This document shows, piece by piece, positions 19,598 to 28,523 of a DNA stretch of 64,000 nucleotides. The position numbers and the translations under genes were made by a program. Numbering within the stretch: the first letter of the stretch is position 1; each line of letters begins with the position of its first letter. The notes under the pieces were generated by a model. The model saw nothing but the letters and a program-made list of their open reading frames with translations, was not told the DNA's origin and did not search any database. The stretch spans positions 1 through 64,000 of the forward strand of contig CAZCME010000020.1 in the NCBI GenBank assembly GCA_964499705.1. The letters are read 5' to 3'. Source of the DNA: an uncultured bacterium (lineage in GTDB: Bacteria; UBA8481).

Positions 19598-20242
19598 ATG
19601 CGCCTCAATGCGTCATGGGTCTCCCTGCTCGGCGGAGGATTCCTCAAATTCCTCTCCGCGACCTGGCGCTGGTCCTATCACCACCGCGAGATCTTCGAGT
19701 CGCATATCCGGGAAGGAGGTCTGCTCCTGCCCTTCTGGCATAATCGCCTGATCGGCGGTTGCACGTCGCCGATCTTCCGCGATTACGATACCGTCGTCGT
19801 CGTTTCGCGCCACTACGACGGGGAGATCATCGCGCGGATCCAGGGGATGTTCGGTCATCGCGCGATCCGGGGTTCGGCCAGGGCGGGGGCGAACGAGGCT
19901 CTGAAGGAGATGGAAGCCGATATCCGGAAGGGATGCGTCGTGGGCATTACGCCTGACGGAGCACGCGGGCCGAAGTATGTCGTGAAACCCGGAGCGGCGA
20001 TACTCGTCGAGCGGACGGGCCGCCCCGCGATTCCGTTTCTGACGGCCGCCGAGCGGCGATGGAAGTTCCGATCCTGGGACAATTTCGAATTGCCCAAGCC
20101 CTTCTCGCGCTGCACGCTTCTCTTCGGCAATCCCGTCCTGCCGACGGGCGATGTGGAAGCCACGCGGAGGAAGATCGAGGAGGAGATGAAGCGGATGGTC
20201 GTGGAAGGCGAGGAGATCTACGGAAGAGGTCCCGACTTCTGA
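19598..20242 (+). CDS. DUF374 / lysophospholipid acyltransferase family protein
   Basis: 'FWHNR', 'SRHYDGE', 'ITPDGARGP', 'SWDNFELPKPF'; typical neighbour of waaA. Confidence 0.88.
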   Translation: MRLNASWVSLLGGGFLKFLSATWRWSYHHREIFESHIREGGLLLPFWHNRLIGGCTSPIFRDYDTVVVVSRHYDGEIIARIQGMFGHRAIRGSARAGANEALKEMEADIRKGCVVGITPDGARGPKYVVKPGAAILVERTGRPAIPFLTAAERRWKFRSWDNFELPKPFSRCTLLFGNPVLPTGDVEATRRKIEEEMKRMVVEGEEIYGRGPDF

Positions 20243-21486
20243 TGCTCTATTCCATCGGGCTTTTTCTGTACATGCTGGCGGCATCGCCGTTCTACCTCGC
20301 GCGTGTCATGAAAGGAAGATACCGGTCGAGCATACGAGAGCGCCTGGGAGGTCAACTTGCTCCGGTGAAGGGCCCGAGCGTCTGGGTGCATGCCTGCTCC
20401 GTCGGCGAAGTGGAAGCCGCGCAACCCCTGATGGATCTCATTCGCCGCGGTCGCCCCGCTTCGACCGTCATCCTCTCCACCGTGACGGAGACCGGCCATG
20501 CCCGCGCTGAAAAGCTCTATCCGCAGACGCTGGTGAGATACCTCCCGTACGATTTCCTCTCCTGCGTGAAGAAGCATCTCGATGCCGCGGGCGACCTTAC
20601 GGAATTCTTCATCATGGAAACGGAAATATGGCCGAATCTCATTGCTGAACTCCATCGCCGCGATATTCCGATCTTCATCTCGAACGGGCGCATTTCGGAC
20701 AGGGCGTGGCCGCGCTACGAGCGGTTCGCCGCGTTCTTCCGGCCCGTGCTCGCCATGGTCACCGCGGTCGCCGCGCGCTCGGAAGTGGACGCGGACCGAT
20801 ATCGCTTTCTCGGCGCGCCGTGCGTGGCCCCGGTCGGCAATATCAAGTACGACAGGACTCCCGCGCCGCCGCCCGCGGATCCTCCGTCGGGCCGGTTCGT
20901 CGTCTTCGGAAGCACGCATCCGGGCGAGGAGGAGATCTGCATCGGAGTCTATCGCAAACTGCAGCGGGAATTTCCGGGATTGAGGGCGATTCTCGCGCCT
21001 CGTCATATCGAGCGCGCGCTGGCGATCGCCACGCGTTGTGAAGGATCTTTACGGAGCGAGGGATGGGGCAGGGAAGATATTCTCGTTCTCGATACGCACG
21101 GCGAACTGGCCGGAATGTATGCCCTGGCGGATGCGGCGTTCATCGGAGGATCTCTCGCGCCGATCGGCGGACACAATCCGATCGAGGCCGCGATTCACGG
21201 AGTGCCCGTTCTCTGGGGTCCGCACATCGAAAATTTCCGCGAACCCTGCGCGATGCTTCTGGGGAACGGCGGCGAACAGGTTCAGGATGGCCGCGCGCTC
21301 GAAGATAAAATGCGGCGATTGTTGTCCGATCCGGGGTATCGCGCGGAGGAAGGCGACAAGGCCCGCGCGGTCATTCTCGCCAATCGCGGAGCGGCGGAGC
21401 GGAACTGGGCTTTCTTCGGACTCGACGATCGACGCCTCGAAGAACGCCGCCGTTTGCGGCAATCCCGGGAGACGGAACGACGATGA
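20242..21486 (+). CDS. waaA: Kdo transferase
   Basis: 'WVHACSVGE', 'ETEIWPN', 'GSTHPGEE', 'GGHNPIEAA'; TGATG coupling at 20240-20244. Confidence 0.93.
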   Translation: MLYSIGLFLYMLAASPFYLARVMKGRYRSSIRERLGGQLAPVKGPSVWVHACSVGEVEAAQPLMDLIRRGRPASTVILSTVTETGHARAEKLYPQTLVRYLPYDFLSCVKKHLDAAGDLTEFFIMETEIWPNLIAELHRRDIPIFISNGRISDRAWPRYERFAAFFRPVLAMVTAVAARSEVDADRYRFLGAPCVAPVGNIKYDRTPAPPPADPPSGRFVVFGSTHPGEEEICIGVYRKLQREFPGLRAILAPRHIERALAIATRCEGSLRSEGWGREDILVLDTHGELAGMYALADAAFIGGSLAPIGGHNPIEAAIHGVPVLWGPHIENFREPCAMLLGNGGEQVQDGRALEDKMRRLLSDPGYRAEEGDKARAVILANRGAAERNWAFFGLDDRRLEERRRLRQSRETERR

Positions 21487-22370
21487 GGACGATCATTCGC
21501 GTGCCCAACTGGCTGGGTGACGCCGTGATGGCGCTTCCGGCCATCGAGTCGGTCTCCGCGCGGGATTCCGTCGTCATCGCGGCGCGCCCTTCGGTCGCGG
21601 ATCTCTTCCCCGCCGGCTCCGTAAAAGTCCTGCCGCGCGGCGGCGATGTCGCCGTCCTCAAGTCCATCGATGCCGATCGGATCATTCTGTTGACGCATTC
21701 TTTTTCCTCCGCGTTCCACGCGTGGCGGTCCGGGATACCCGAGCGCATCGGTGAGGCGCGGCATTTCCGGAGCCGGTTCCTGACGCGCGTGGCGCCCTCG
21801 CCCCGGAAACCGGTGCACCAGATCGACGAATATCTCCAGCTCGTCTTCTCCGCGGGCTATAAACCCGTCCCCCGTGAGCCTGTGCTGCCTCCCCGAGCCC
21901 CTTCTCCGTTCGCGTATCCCTACATCGCGCTCTGTCCGGGCGCCATGTACGGTTCCGCCAAGTGCTGGCCGGGATTCGCGGAGCTGGCTTCCGCTCTCGC
22001 GGAAGCCGGGAAGCGCGTCGTCGTTCTCGGCACAAAGGGAGAGTCCGGTTTTCGCGGCGCGCCCCGCGCGGGCGTGGAGAACCTGATCGGCAGGACGAGC
22101 CTGAAGGAAGCGCTCGACATCATCGCGCATGCCTCCGTTGTCGTCTCGAATGATTCGGGAATGGCGCATGCCGCGCGCGCCCTGGGTCGGAGAACGGTCG
22201 TCATCTTCGGGCCCACGGAGCCGGAACGCACGGCGCCCGACGGCGCGGATGTGATCGTCGGCGAAGCGGAATGCGCGCCCTGCCTGCTCCGCACCTGCCC
22301 GATCGATCATCGGTGCATGAGGAATGTGACGATCGGGGATGTCCTGGAACGGATCGCGACGCATGTCTGA
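21483..22370 (+). CDS. waaF: LPS heptosyltransferase II (GT9)
   Basis: 'PNWLGDAVM', 'CPGAMYGSAKCW', 'SNDSGMAH'. Confidence 0.88.
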   Translation: MRTIIRVPNWLGDAVMALPAIESVSARDSVVIAARPSVADLFPAGSVKVLPRGGDVAVLKSIDADRIILLTHSFSSAFHAWRSGIPERIGEARHFRSRFLTRVAPSPRKPVHQIDEYLQLVFSAGYKPVPREPVLPPRAPSPFAYPYIALCPGAMYGSAKCWPGFAELASALAEAGKRVVVLGTKGESGFRGAPRAGVENLIGRTSLKEALDIIAHASVVVSNDSGMAHAARALGRRTVVIFGPTEPERTAPDGADVIVGEAECAPCLLRTCPIDHRCMRNVTIGDVLERIATHV

Positions 22371-23349
22371 TCGGATTCTCATCGTCCGCATCGGCGCCCT
22401 GGGCGACGCGCTCCATACTCTGCCCCTGCTGAATGAACTGCGGCGGCGCGCGCCGGACGCCGAGATCGACTGGGCGGCGGGGAAGAGCATCATCCGGTTC
22501 CTGGAGGGTCATAAGGCCGTCAGGAAATTCGTCCCCGTGGAACGAGGCGCGCGCGGTCTTCTGAAAGCGGCTCTTGCCGTGAGAGATCAATACGATCTCG
22601 CCATCGATACACAGGGCCTCATCAAGTCCGCGCTTCTCGCCCGTGCCGCGGCTCCGAAAGTCATCGGCCGAGCCTTCGGGCACGCCCGTGAATTTCCCGC
22701 GACCTGGTTCTACACGGAGAAGATCGCTCCTCCGTCGGCGCACATCATCGATCAGAACCTGGACCTGCTGGCGGCGTCTTATCCTTCCGAAACGCGCGAG
22801 GTCCGCTACGATATTCCCGTCCCTCTTCTTCCCGACTGGCCGCTCCTTATCCAGAATCCCATCATCTTCAACATCGGCGGCGGCTGGTGGACGAAGTTGT
22901 GGCCGCTCGAAAACTTCGCCGCGCTCGCGCGCGAGATCGACGCTGTCCTGGGAATTTCCGTCGGTATCGTCTGGGGTCCGGGAGAGGAGAAAGCCGCGCA
23001 AACCATCGCAAATCTCTCGCCCGCCAGGGTCGCTCCCGCCACGACATTTGCGGAGCTCGCGGCCATATTTCAGCGCTGCCGCCTGCTGGTTTCCGGCGAA
23101 ACCGGCCCGCTTCATCTCGCCGCCGCCGTGGGCTGCCCCACCGTGGCGCTTCTCGGGCCGACGCACGCCGCGAGAAACGGCCCCTACGGAGCCGGCCATG
23201 TCGTCCTGGAACCGGAACTGCTTTGCCGCCCCTGCTTCAGCCGGACCTGTTCGGATTTCCGCTGCATGCCGGCGATCTCCGTCGCGCGGGTCTTCGATGC
23301 GATAGCAACAGGGGACATTCTCCAACATTCCAACATTCAGAATAAATGA
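22363..23349 (+). CDS. waaC: LPS heptosyltransferase I (GT9)
   Basis: 'ILIVRIGALGD', 'DTQGLIKSA', 'ETGPLHLAAA', 'RNGPYG'; last ~13 codons come from the REP-like arm. Confidence 0.82.
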   Translation: MSDRILIVRIGALGDALHTLPLLNELRRRAPDAEIDWAAGKSIIRFLEGHKAVRKFVPVERGARGLLKAALAVRDQYDLAIDTQGLIKSALLARAAAPKVIGRAFGHAREFPATWFYTEKIAPPSAHIIDQNLDLLAASYPSETREVRYDIPVPLLPDWPLLIQNPIIFNIGGGWWTKLWPLENFAALAREIDAVLGISVGIVWGPGEEKAAQTIANLSPARVAPATTFAELAAIFQRCRLLVSGETGPLHLAAAVGCPTVALLGPTHAARNGPYGAGHVVLEPELLCRPCFSRTCSDFRCMPAISVARVFDAIATGDILQHSNIQNK

Positions 23350-23432
23350 CTTGCGGCGTCTGGCCCTCGATGATCAGCCGAAATTCTGGCAACAGCAATA
23401 TTTTGAATGTTGGAATGTTGGAGAATGTCCCC
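23311..23432. repeat. REP/REPIN-like element, 29-bp perfect inverted repeat
   Basis: GGGGACATTCTCCAACATTCCAACATTCA (23311-23339) and its exact reverse complement (23404-23432). Confidence 0.9.
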
Positions 23433-23477
23433 ATTAAATCCGATAGGTGTTAGAAGCCTGAAGTTTGCGGAGGAATT

Positions 23478-24143
23478 ATGATGAAGAAGATTATCCTGCT
23501 TATTATCCTGTTGATGGCGCCGGCCGCTCATGCCGTCCCGATCGGCAGACCGATCGCGGCCGAGCATCAATGGCGGGTGGGCGGACTTGTCTCTTTCGAG
23601 GAACTGGAGATGAACGGCAAGAATAATTCTTCCGTGGCGGGAGATCTCCGTTCGCGCCTGGTGCTCGCCGAGGCCGTGTACGGCTTCACCCAGGGAGGAG
23701 AACTGGTTCTGCGGCTGGGGACTTCCGATGAGAGCTTCCGGTCGGGCACGGCGCAGGATCTGGGCGCGAAACTGGACTGGGGTATCGGTGTTCGAGGCAT
23801 CATGTGGGACAGCTTCCGCGACTGGCGGATTCTGGGCGACGCTCAATATTTTTCAAGGCCGACCCGGAATTACGGCATCGCAGAAATCACGATCTCGCAG
23901 TGGCAGATCGCATCCTCCGTGGAATGGCACCTGCACGAATTTTATCCGTACATCGGATTGCACTACGAAGACATCAAGCTGAGCTCCAATAACGAGGCCG
24001 TCTTTCCGTCCCTGGAGACCAAGGGGGCGATCGGGATCCAGCTCGGTCTCGGTTACGAACCGAGCGTGGACTGGTCGCTCCATGTCGAAGCCAGGACTGG
24101 TTCGAGCGACGCTTTTACGGTCGGAGCGCATTACCGATTCTGA
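23478..24143 (+). CDS. Outer-membrane beta-barrel protein
   Basis: GGAGG SD, signal peptide, amphipathic beta strands, C-terminal 'GAHYRF'. Confidence 0.75.
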   Translation: MMKKIILLIILLMAPAAHAVPIGRPIAAEHQWRVGGLVSFEELEMNGKNNSSVAGDLRSRLVLAEAVYGFTQGGELVLRLGTSDESFRSGTAQDLGAKLDWGIGVRGIMWDSFRDWRILGDAQYFSRPTRNYGIAEITISQWQIASSVEWHLHEFYPYIGLHYEDIKLSSNNEAVFPSLETKGAIGIQLGLGYEPSVDWSLHVEARTGSSDAFTVGAHYRF

Positions 24144-24159
24144 AACAAGAGATCTCGGA

Positions 24160-24951
24160 ATGACCCGCCGTATCGCGCTTCTTCTCGAGTACGACGGCAC
24201 GGACTTCGTCGGCTGGCAGGCGCAGACGAACGGCCGATCCGTCCAGGTTGTCATCGAATCGTCCATCAAGGAAGTCTTCCATGAAACCACGCGCATCGTG
24301 GGAGCCGGCCGGACCGATTCAGGAGTGCATGCCTTCGGCCAGGTCGCTCATTTCGACATCAGGCACGGTGTCCCGGCCGACAAGGTGCGCGAGGCGCTGA
24401 ACACGAAACTCCCAAAGGATGTCAGCGTTCGTTCATCGGCGGAGGTGGCGCCCGGTTTTCACGCCCGCCGCGACGCGAGGAAGAAGCGCTATCGCTATCT
24501 CCTCTGCGACGGATCGCATCAGCCGGTCCTCGATCGCCGGACCATGGCCCATACTCCCTGGCACCTCGATGTCGCCGCGATGAACGAAGCCGCTCAGCAT
24601 TGGATCGGCAAGCATGATTTCGACGCGTTCCGAGCCGCGCGCTGCCAGGCGGAAAATTCCGTCCGATCCATCGACAGAATCAAGGTCGAACGCGTGCCCG
24701 CATCGCGCGTGGCATCCGTGTCGCCGCATATCGATCCCATCCTCTTCACGTTCGAAGGTCGCTCCTTCCTGCATCACCAGGTCAGGAACATGGTCGGCAC
24801 GCTCGTGGAGATCGGCCGCGGCGCGGAAAAGGTGGAGTGGGCGAAGGAAATCCTGAAGGGGCTCAATCGCGAGGATGCCGGCCGGACGATGCCGGCGCAC
24901 GGGCTCGTCCTCGACGCCATCGAATACAAGGCGGATCCGTTCGCGGGATAG
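24160..24951 (+). CDS. truA: tRNA pseudouridine(38-40) synthase
   Basis: 'YDGTDFVGWQ', 'GAGRTDSGVHA', 'FLHHQVRNMVG'. Confidence 0.95.
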   Translation: MTRRIALLLEYDGTDFVGWQAQTNGRSVQVVIESSIKEVFHETTRIVGAGRTDSGVHAFGQVAHFDIRHGVPADKVREALNTKLPKDVSVRSSAEVAPGFHARRDARKKRYRYLLCDGSHQPVLDRRTMAHTPWHLDVAAMNEAAQHWIGKHDFDAFRAARCQAENSVRSIDRIKVERVPASRVASVSPHIDPILFTFEGRSFLHHQVRNMVGTLVEIGRGAEKVEWAKEILKGLNREDAGRTMPAHGLVLDAIEYKADPFAG

Positions 24952-24966
24952 GCGGGAGCAGGAAGT

Positions 24967-24998
24967 ACTTCATCCTTCATACTTCATCCTTCATACTT
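24967..24998. repeat. Heptamer tandem repeat (A/C)CTTCAT x4.5
   Basis: ACTTCAT CCTTCAT ACTTCAT CCTTCAT ACTT directly upstream of the dnaE start. Confidence 0.85.
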
Positions 24999-25003
24999 GC
25001 CGC

Positions 25004-28000
25004 ATGAGGACCGACTTCGTTCATCTTCATGTTCATTCGCATTACAGTCTCCTCGACGCCATGAACCGTTTCGACAGGCTCGCGGCGGCGGCGAAGGAGA
25101 TGGGCATGCGCGCCATCGGCCTGACCGACCACGGCAATCTCTTCGGCGCCATCGAGTTTTACCGCGCGGCCTACGCGGCGGATGTGAAGCCCATCATCGG
25201 GTGCGAGGTCTACGTCGCGCCGGAATCGCTCGCGGACAAGTCGCCGCGTCCCGACAAGTACGAGCGCGGATTTCACCTGACGCTCCTGGCGATGAACGCC
25301 GACGGCTACAGGAATCTCGTCAAGCTCTCTTCGATCGGATTCAAGGACGGTTTCTACTACAATCCGCGCGTCGATGACGAGGCGCTGGACGCGCACTCGG
25401 AGGGCATCTGCGCCCTCTCGGGCTGCCTCTCCAGCGAGGTCTCGAAGCGATTCCTCTCCGGCGACGAAAAACGCGCGGAACTGGTGCTCCGGAAATACCG
25501 CGAGATCTTCGGCCGCGACAACTTCTTCGTGGAGCTCCAGGATCACGGGATCCTCGCTCAGCGCGAGCTGATGGCATTCCTGCTGCGACGGGCGCAGGCC
25601 GACGGCATCCCGACGGTCGCGACGAACGATGTCCACTATCTCGTCCAGCGCGACGCCGAGGCGCATGACGCGCTCCTCTGCATTGGAACTCGCAGCCTCA
25701 TCCGCGATGAGAACCGGAAGAAATACGGCTCGGATCAGTTCTATCTCAAGTCCCCGCAGGAAATGCTCCAGAGGTTCTCGTTCGACCCCGGTACGCTGGC
25801 GAGGACTGTGGAGATCGCCGATCGCGCGGAGCTGCATCTCGTCTTCGGCAAGCATCATCTTCCCGCGTTCCCGGTTCCGATCGGCGAGGGCTCCGAGGAG
25901 GATTATCTCACGAAGAGGGCGCATGAGGGCCTGAAGAAGCGCGGCATCGACGAGGCGCGCTATCAGGAACGCCTCGAGCGGGAGCTGAAGGTCATCACGC
26001 AGAAGGGATTCTCCGGGTATTTTCTCATCGTCGCCGATTTCATCGCGGAGGCCCGGCGGCGCGGCATCCCCGTGGGACCAGGTCGGGGTTCCGCCGCCGG
26101 TTCGCTCGTCGCCTGGTCCCTCGAAATCACTCAGATCGATCCGATCAGGTACGGACTTATCTTCGAGAGATTTCTCAATCCGGAGCGCGCTTCGCTTCCC
26201 GATATCGATGTGGACATCTGCCAGAGCCGGCGCGAGGAGGTCATCCAGTATGTTCGACAGCAGTACGGAGACGACCGCGTCGCCCAGATCATCACATTCG
26301 GCACATTCGGAGCCAAGGCTGTATTGAGGGACGTGGCCCGCGTGCATGATCTTACGATCTCCGAGACGGAGCGGCTCGCGCGCCTCGTTCCGGATCAGCT
26401 GAAGATCTCCCTCAAGGAATCGATCGAGAAGGTCGCGGATCTGAAGGAGGCCGCGGCCGGACCCCATGCGAAGCTCTTCGAGATCGCGCTCCGCCTGGAG
26501 GGTCTTGCGCGCCACGCGTCCCGCCATGCGGCCGGCGTCGTCATTTCCAACGTGCCCATGACGGAAGTCGTTCCGCTCTATCGCGATCCCGACGAGCACA
26601 TCATCACGCAGTACGACATGAACGCGATCGAGTCCCTCGGGCTTCTGAAGATGGATCTCCTGGGCCTCAAGACGCTGACGCTCATCGCGGAGGCGCGCGC
26701 GCTCGCGGGCCTGGCGGAGGACGATCCGGCCGCTCGATCCTTCGATGATCCCGACGTCTACGCCATGCTGGCGATGGGCCACGGGCTCGGCGTCTTCCAG
26801 CTCGACTCCGGCGGCATTCGCGAGCTGATGATGAAGATCCGGCCGGCGTCCTTCGAGGATCTCGCCGCGCTCATCGCGCTCTATCGACCCGGCCCGATGA
26901 GCCTGGCCGACGAATTCGCGATGCGGAAGAATTCCACGAGGAAAGCGGGGGCGCCTTCCGACGACGATGACGAGCACCCGCTCCTGAAGGAGATTCTCCG
27001 CGATACCTACGGGATCATTCTCTACCAGGAACAGGTGATGGAAATCGCGCACCGCCTTGGCGGATATTCGCTCGCGGACGCCGATAATCTCCGCAAGGCG
27101 ATGGGCAAGAAGCTCCCGGAGAAGATGGCGCGCGAGCGCGTGAAATTCCTGTCCGGCGCGAAGAAGAACGGATTGGACGACGAACTTGCCGGTTCATTGT
27201 GGGACAAGATGGAGCGGTTTGCCGGGTATGGATTCAACAAGAGCCATGCGGTCGCCTATGCGGCCCTCGCGTATGAGACGGCATGGTTGAAGCGCCATCA
27301 CCCGGAGGAATTCATGTCCTCGCTCCTCTCGCACGAACTGGATCATCGCGAGAAGCTCGGCGTCTACATCGAGGAATGCCGGCGGATGGGCATCGAGATC
27401 GGCGCTCCTCATGTGAACAGGTCGGGTGTCATGTTTCGACCTCCACGGATGGGGGAAGTGCCGCGAGAGTCCATGGATGGACGGAGCGGCCGACCCCCAC
27501 GGATGGGGGAAGTGCCGCGAGAGTCCATGGATGGACGGAGCGGCCGACCTGCCGAAGTCAAAAAGGTCAGCTTCGGGCTCGCCGCCGTTAAAAATGTCGG
27601 CGTCATGGCATGCGAGGCGATCGTGGAAGCGCGCCGCGCCGGCGATTTCAAGTCGCTCTGGGAATTCCTGCAACGCGTCGATACGAAGCGTGTCAATCGC
27701 CGCGCCGTTGAGGCGCTCATCTGCGTCGGAGCGATGGACGGGTTGGGCCCAAACCGAAGGTCGATGATGAATGGTCTCACCATGATGATGGATCTCGGAG
27801 TATCGCGCCGCCGCCAGGCGGATTCCGCCCAGATCAGCCTCTTCAGCGACGGCGATCTCGCTCCCACGGAACCGGAACTCGATGCGGTGGACGAATTCGA
27901 CGACCTCGCGGAACGGGAAATGGAACATGTCGGCTTCTATCTCGGCGAGCATCCGATCCTGAAGTCATTTCCCCTCGCCTGTCTTCTTCATCCTCCGCCG

Positions 28001-28471
28001 CCCGCCGAGGGAAAACCGGGATGGCTCGTCGGCAGGTTGAGGACCGTGGAACGCGTCATCGACAAGCGCGGCCGTCCGATGGCCCGCGTTGTCCTGGAAA
28101 CGCTCGAAGGCAGGAGCGATCTCGTGGTCTTCTCGTCGATCTTCGAAAAGGTATCCCCCCTTCTGCTGCCCAATGCTCTCCTCTTCGTCCGCGGCAAGTA
28201 TGATGCGGGCGGCAGGATTCTTGTCGATGACGCGCAGGCCGCGGACCGCGTGAAGTGGACGGCGCGATATGAATTGCCGGAGGGCGCCTCGGAGAAGGAC
28301 CTTATGGAGTTGAAGTCGAGGATCGAGCAGGCGCCGCAAGGTCCGCTTCCCGTCGAGATCGTCCTCCCGCGGGGAGGGAAGAAATTGAGGATCAAGGTCG
28401 GCCGGGGCGTATCCCCTGCCTTTGCGATTTCGGAAAAGGGAGGATCCGGCTTCATAAGCCTTGCTCCCTGA
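25004..28471 (+). CDS. dnaE: DNA polymerase III alpha subunit
   Basis: 'FVHLHVHSHYSLLD', 'GPGRGSAAGSLV', 'PDIDVD', 'FNKSHA'; contains a 36-aa repeat insertion. Confidence 0.97.
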   Translation: MRTDFVHLHVHSHYSLLDAMNRFDRLAAAAKEMGMRAIGLTDHGNLFGAIEFYRAAYAADVKPIIGCEVYVAPESLADKSPRPDKYERGFHLTLLAMNADGYRNLVKLSSIGFKDGFYYNPRVDDEALDAHSEGICALSGCLSSEVSKRFLSGDEKRAELVLRKYREIFGRDNFFVELQDHGILAQRELMAFLLRRAQADGIPTVATNDVHYLVQRDAEAHDALLCIGTRSLIRDENRKKYGSDQFYLKSPQEMLQRFSFDPGTLARTVEIADRAELHLVFGKHHLPAFPVPIGEGSEEDYLTKRAHEGLKKRGIDEARYQERLERELKVITQKGFSGYFLIVADFIAEARRRGIPVGPGRGSAAGSLVAWSLEITQIDPIRYGLIFERFLNPERASLPDIDVDICQSRREEVIQYVRQQYGDDRVAQIITFGTFGAKAVLRDVARVHDLTISETERLARLVPDQLKISLKESIEKVADLKEAAAGPHAKLFEIALRLEGLARHASRHAAGVVISNVPMTEVVPLYRDPDEHIITQYDMNAIESLGLLKMDLLGLKTLTLIAEARALAGLAEDDPAARSFDDPDVYAMLAMGHGLGVFQLDSGGIRELMMKIRPASFEDLAALIALYRPGPMSLADEFAMRKNSTRKAGAPSDDDDEHPLLKEILRDTYGIILYQEQVMEIAHRLGGYSLADADNLRKAMGKKLPEKMARERVKFLSGAKKNGLDDELAGSLWDKMERFAGYGFNKSHAVAYAALAYETAWLKRHHPEEFMSSLLSHELDHREKLGVYIEECRRMGIEIGAPHVNRSGVMFRPPRMGEVPRESMDGRSGRPPRMGEVPRESMDGRSGRPAEVKKVSFGLAAVKNVGVMACEAIVEARRAGDFKSLWEFLQRVDTKRVNRRAVEALICVGAMDGLGPNRRSMMNGLTMMMDLGVSRRRQADSAQISLFSDGDLAPTEPELDAVDEFDDLAEREMEHVGFYLGEHPILKSFPLACLLHPPPPAEGKPGWLVGRLRTVERVIDKRGRPMARVVLETLEGRSDLVVFSSIFEKVSPLLLPNALLFVRGKYDAGGRILVDDAQAADRVKWTARYELPEGASEKDLMELKSRIEQAPQGPLPVEIVLPRGGKKLRIKVGRGVSPAFAISEKGGSGFISLAP
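27437..27550 (+). repeat. In-frame 54-bp palindromic unit x2 inside dnaE
   Basis: 27437-27490 and 27491-27544 differ at one base; the array starts with CGACCT and is followed by CGACCT; encodes RPPRMGEVPRESMDGRSG twice. Confidence 0.95.
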
Positions 28472-28488
28472 ATGGGAGATTTGCTGAT

Positions 28489-28517
28489 TTGCATTCAACG
28501 CACAATGGCCCTACTCT
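28489..28517 (+). promoter_or_regulatory. Sigma70-type promoter, leaderless methyltransferase mRNA
   Basis: TTGCAT-N17-TACTCT-N6-ATG. Confidence 0.6.
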
Positions 28518-28523
28518 TAACAC

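Noticed and set aside
24977-27052. 691-aa minus-strand ORF (likewise 15708-17576, 34584-36125, 34648-36426, 40098-41981, 50146-51669, 56198-57859)
   Set aside because: Shadow or alternative frames of clearly identified genes.
27437-27550. Intein or CRISPR interpretation of the dnaE insertion
   Set aside because: Only 36 aa with no splicing residues; the repeats are contiguous with no spacers and there are no cas genes.
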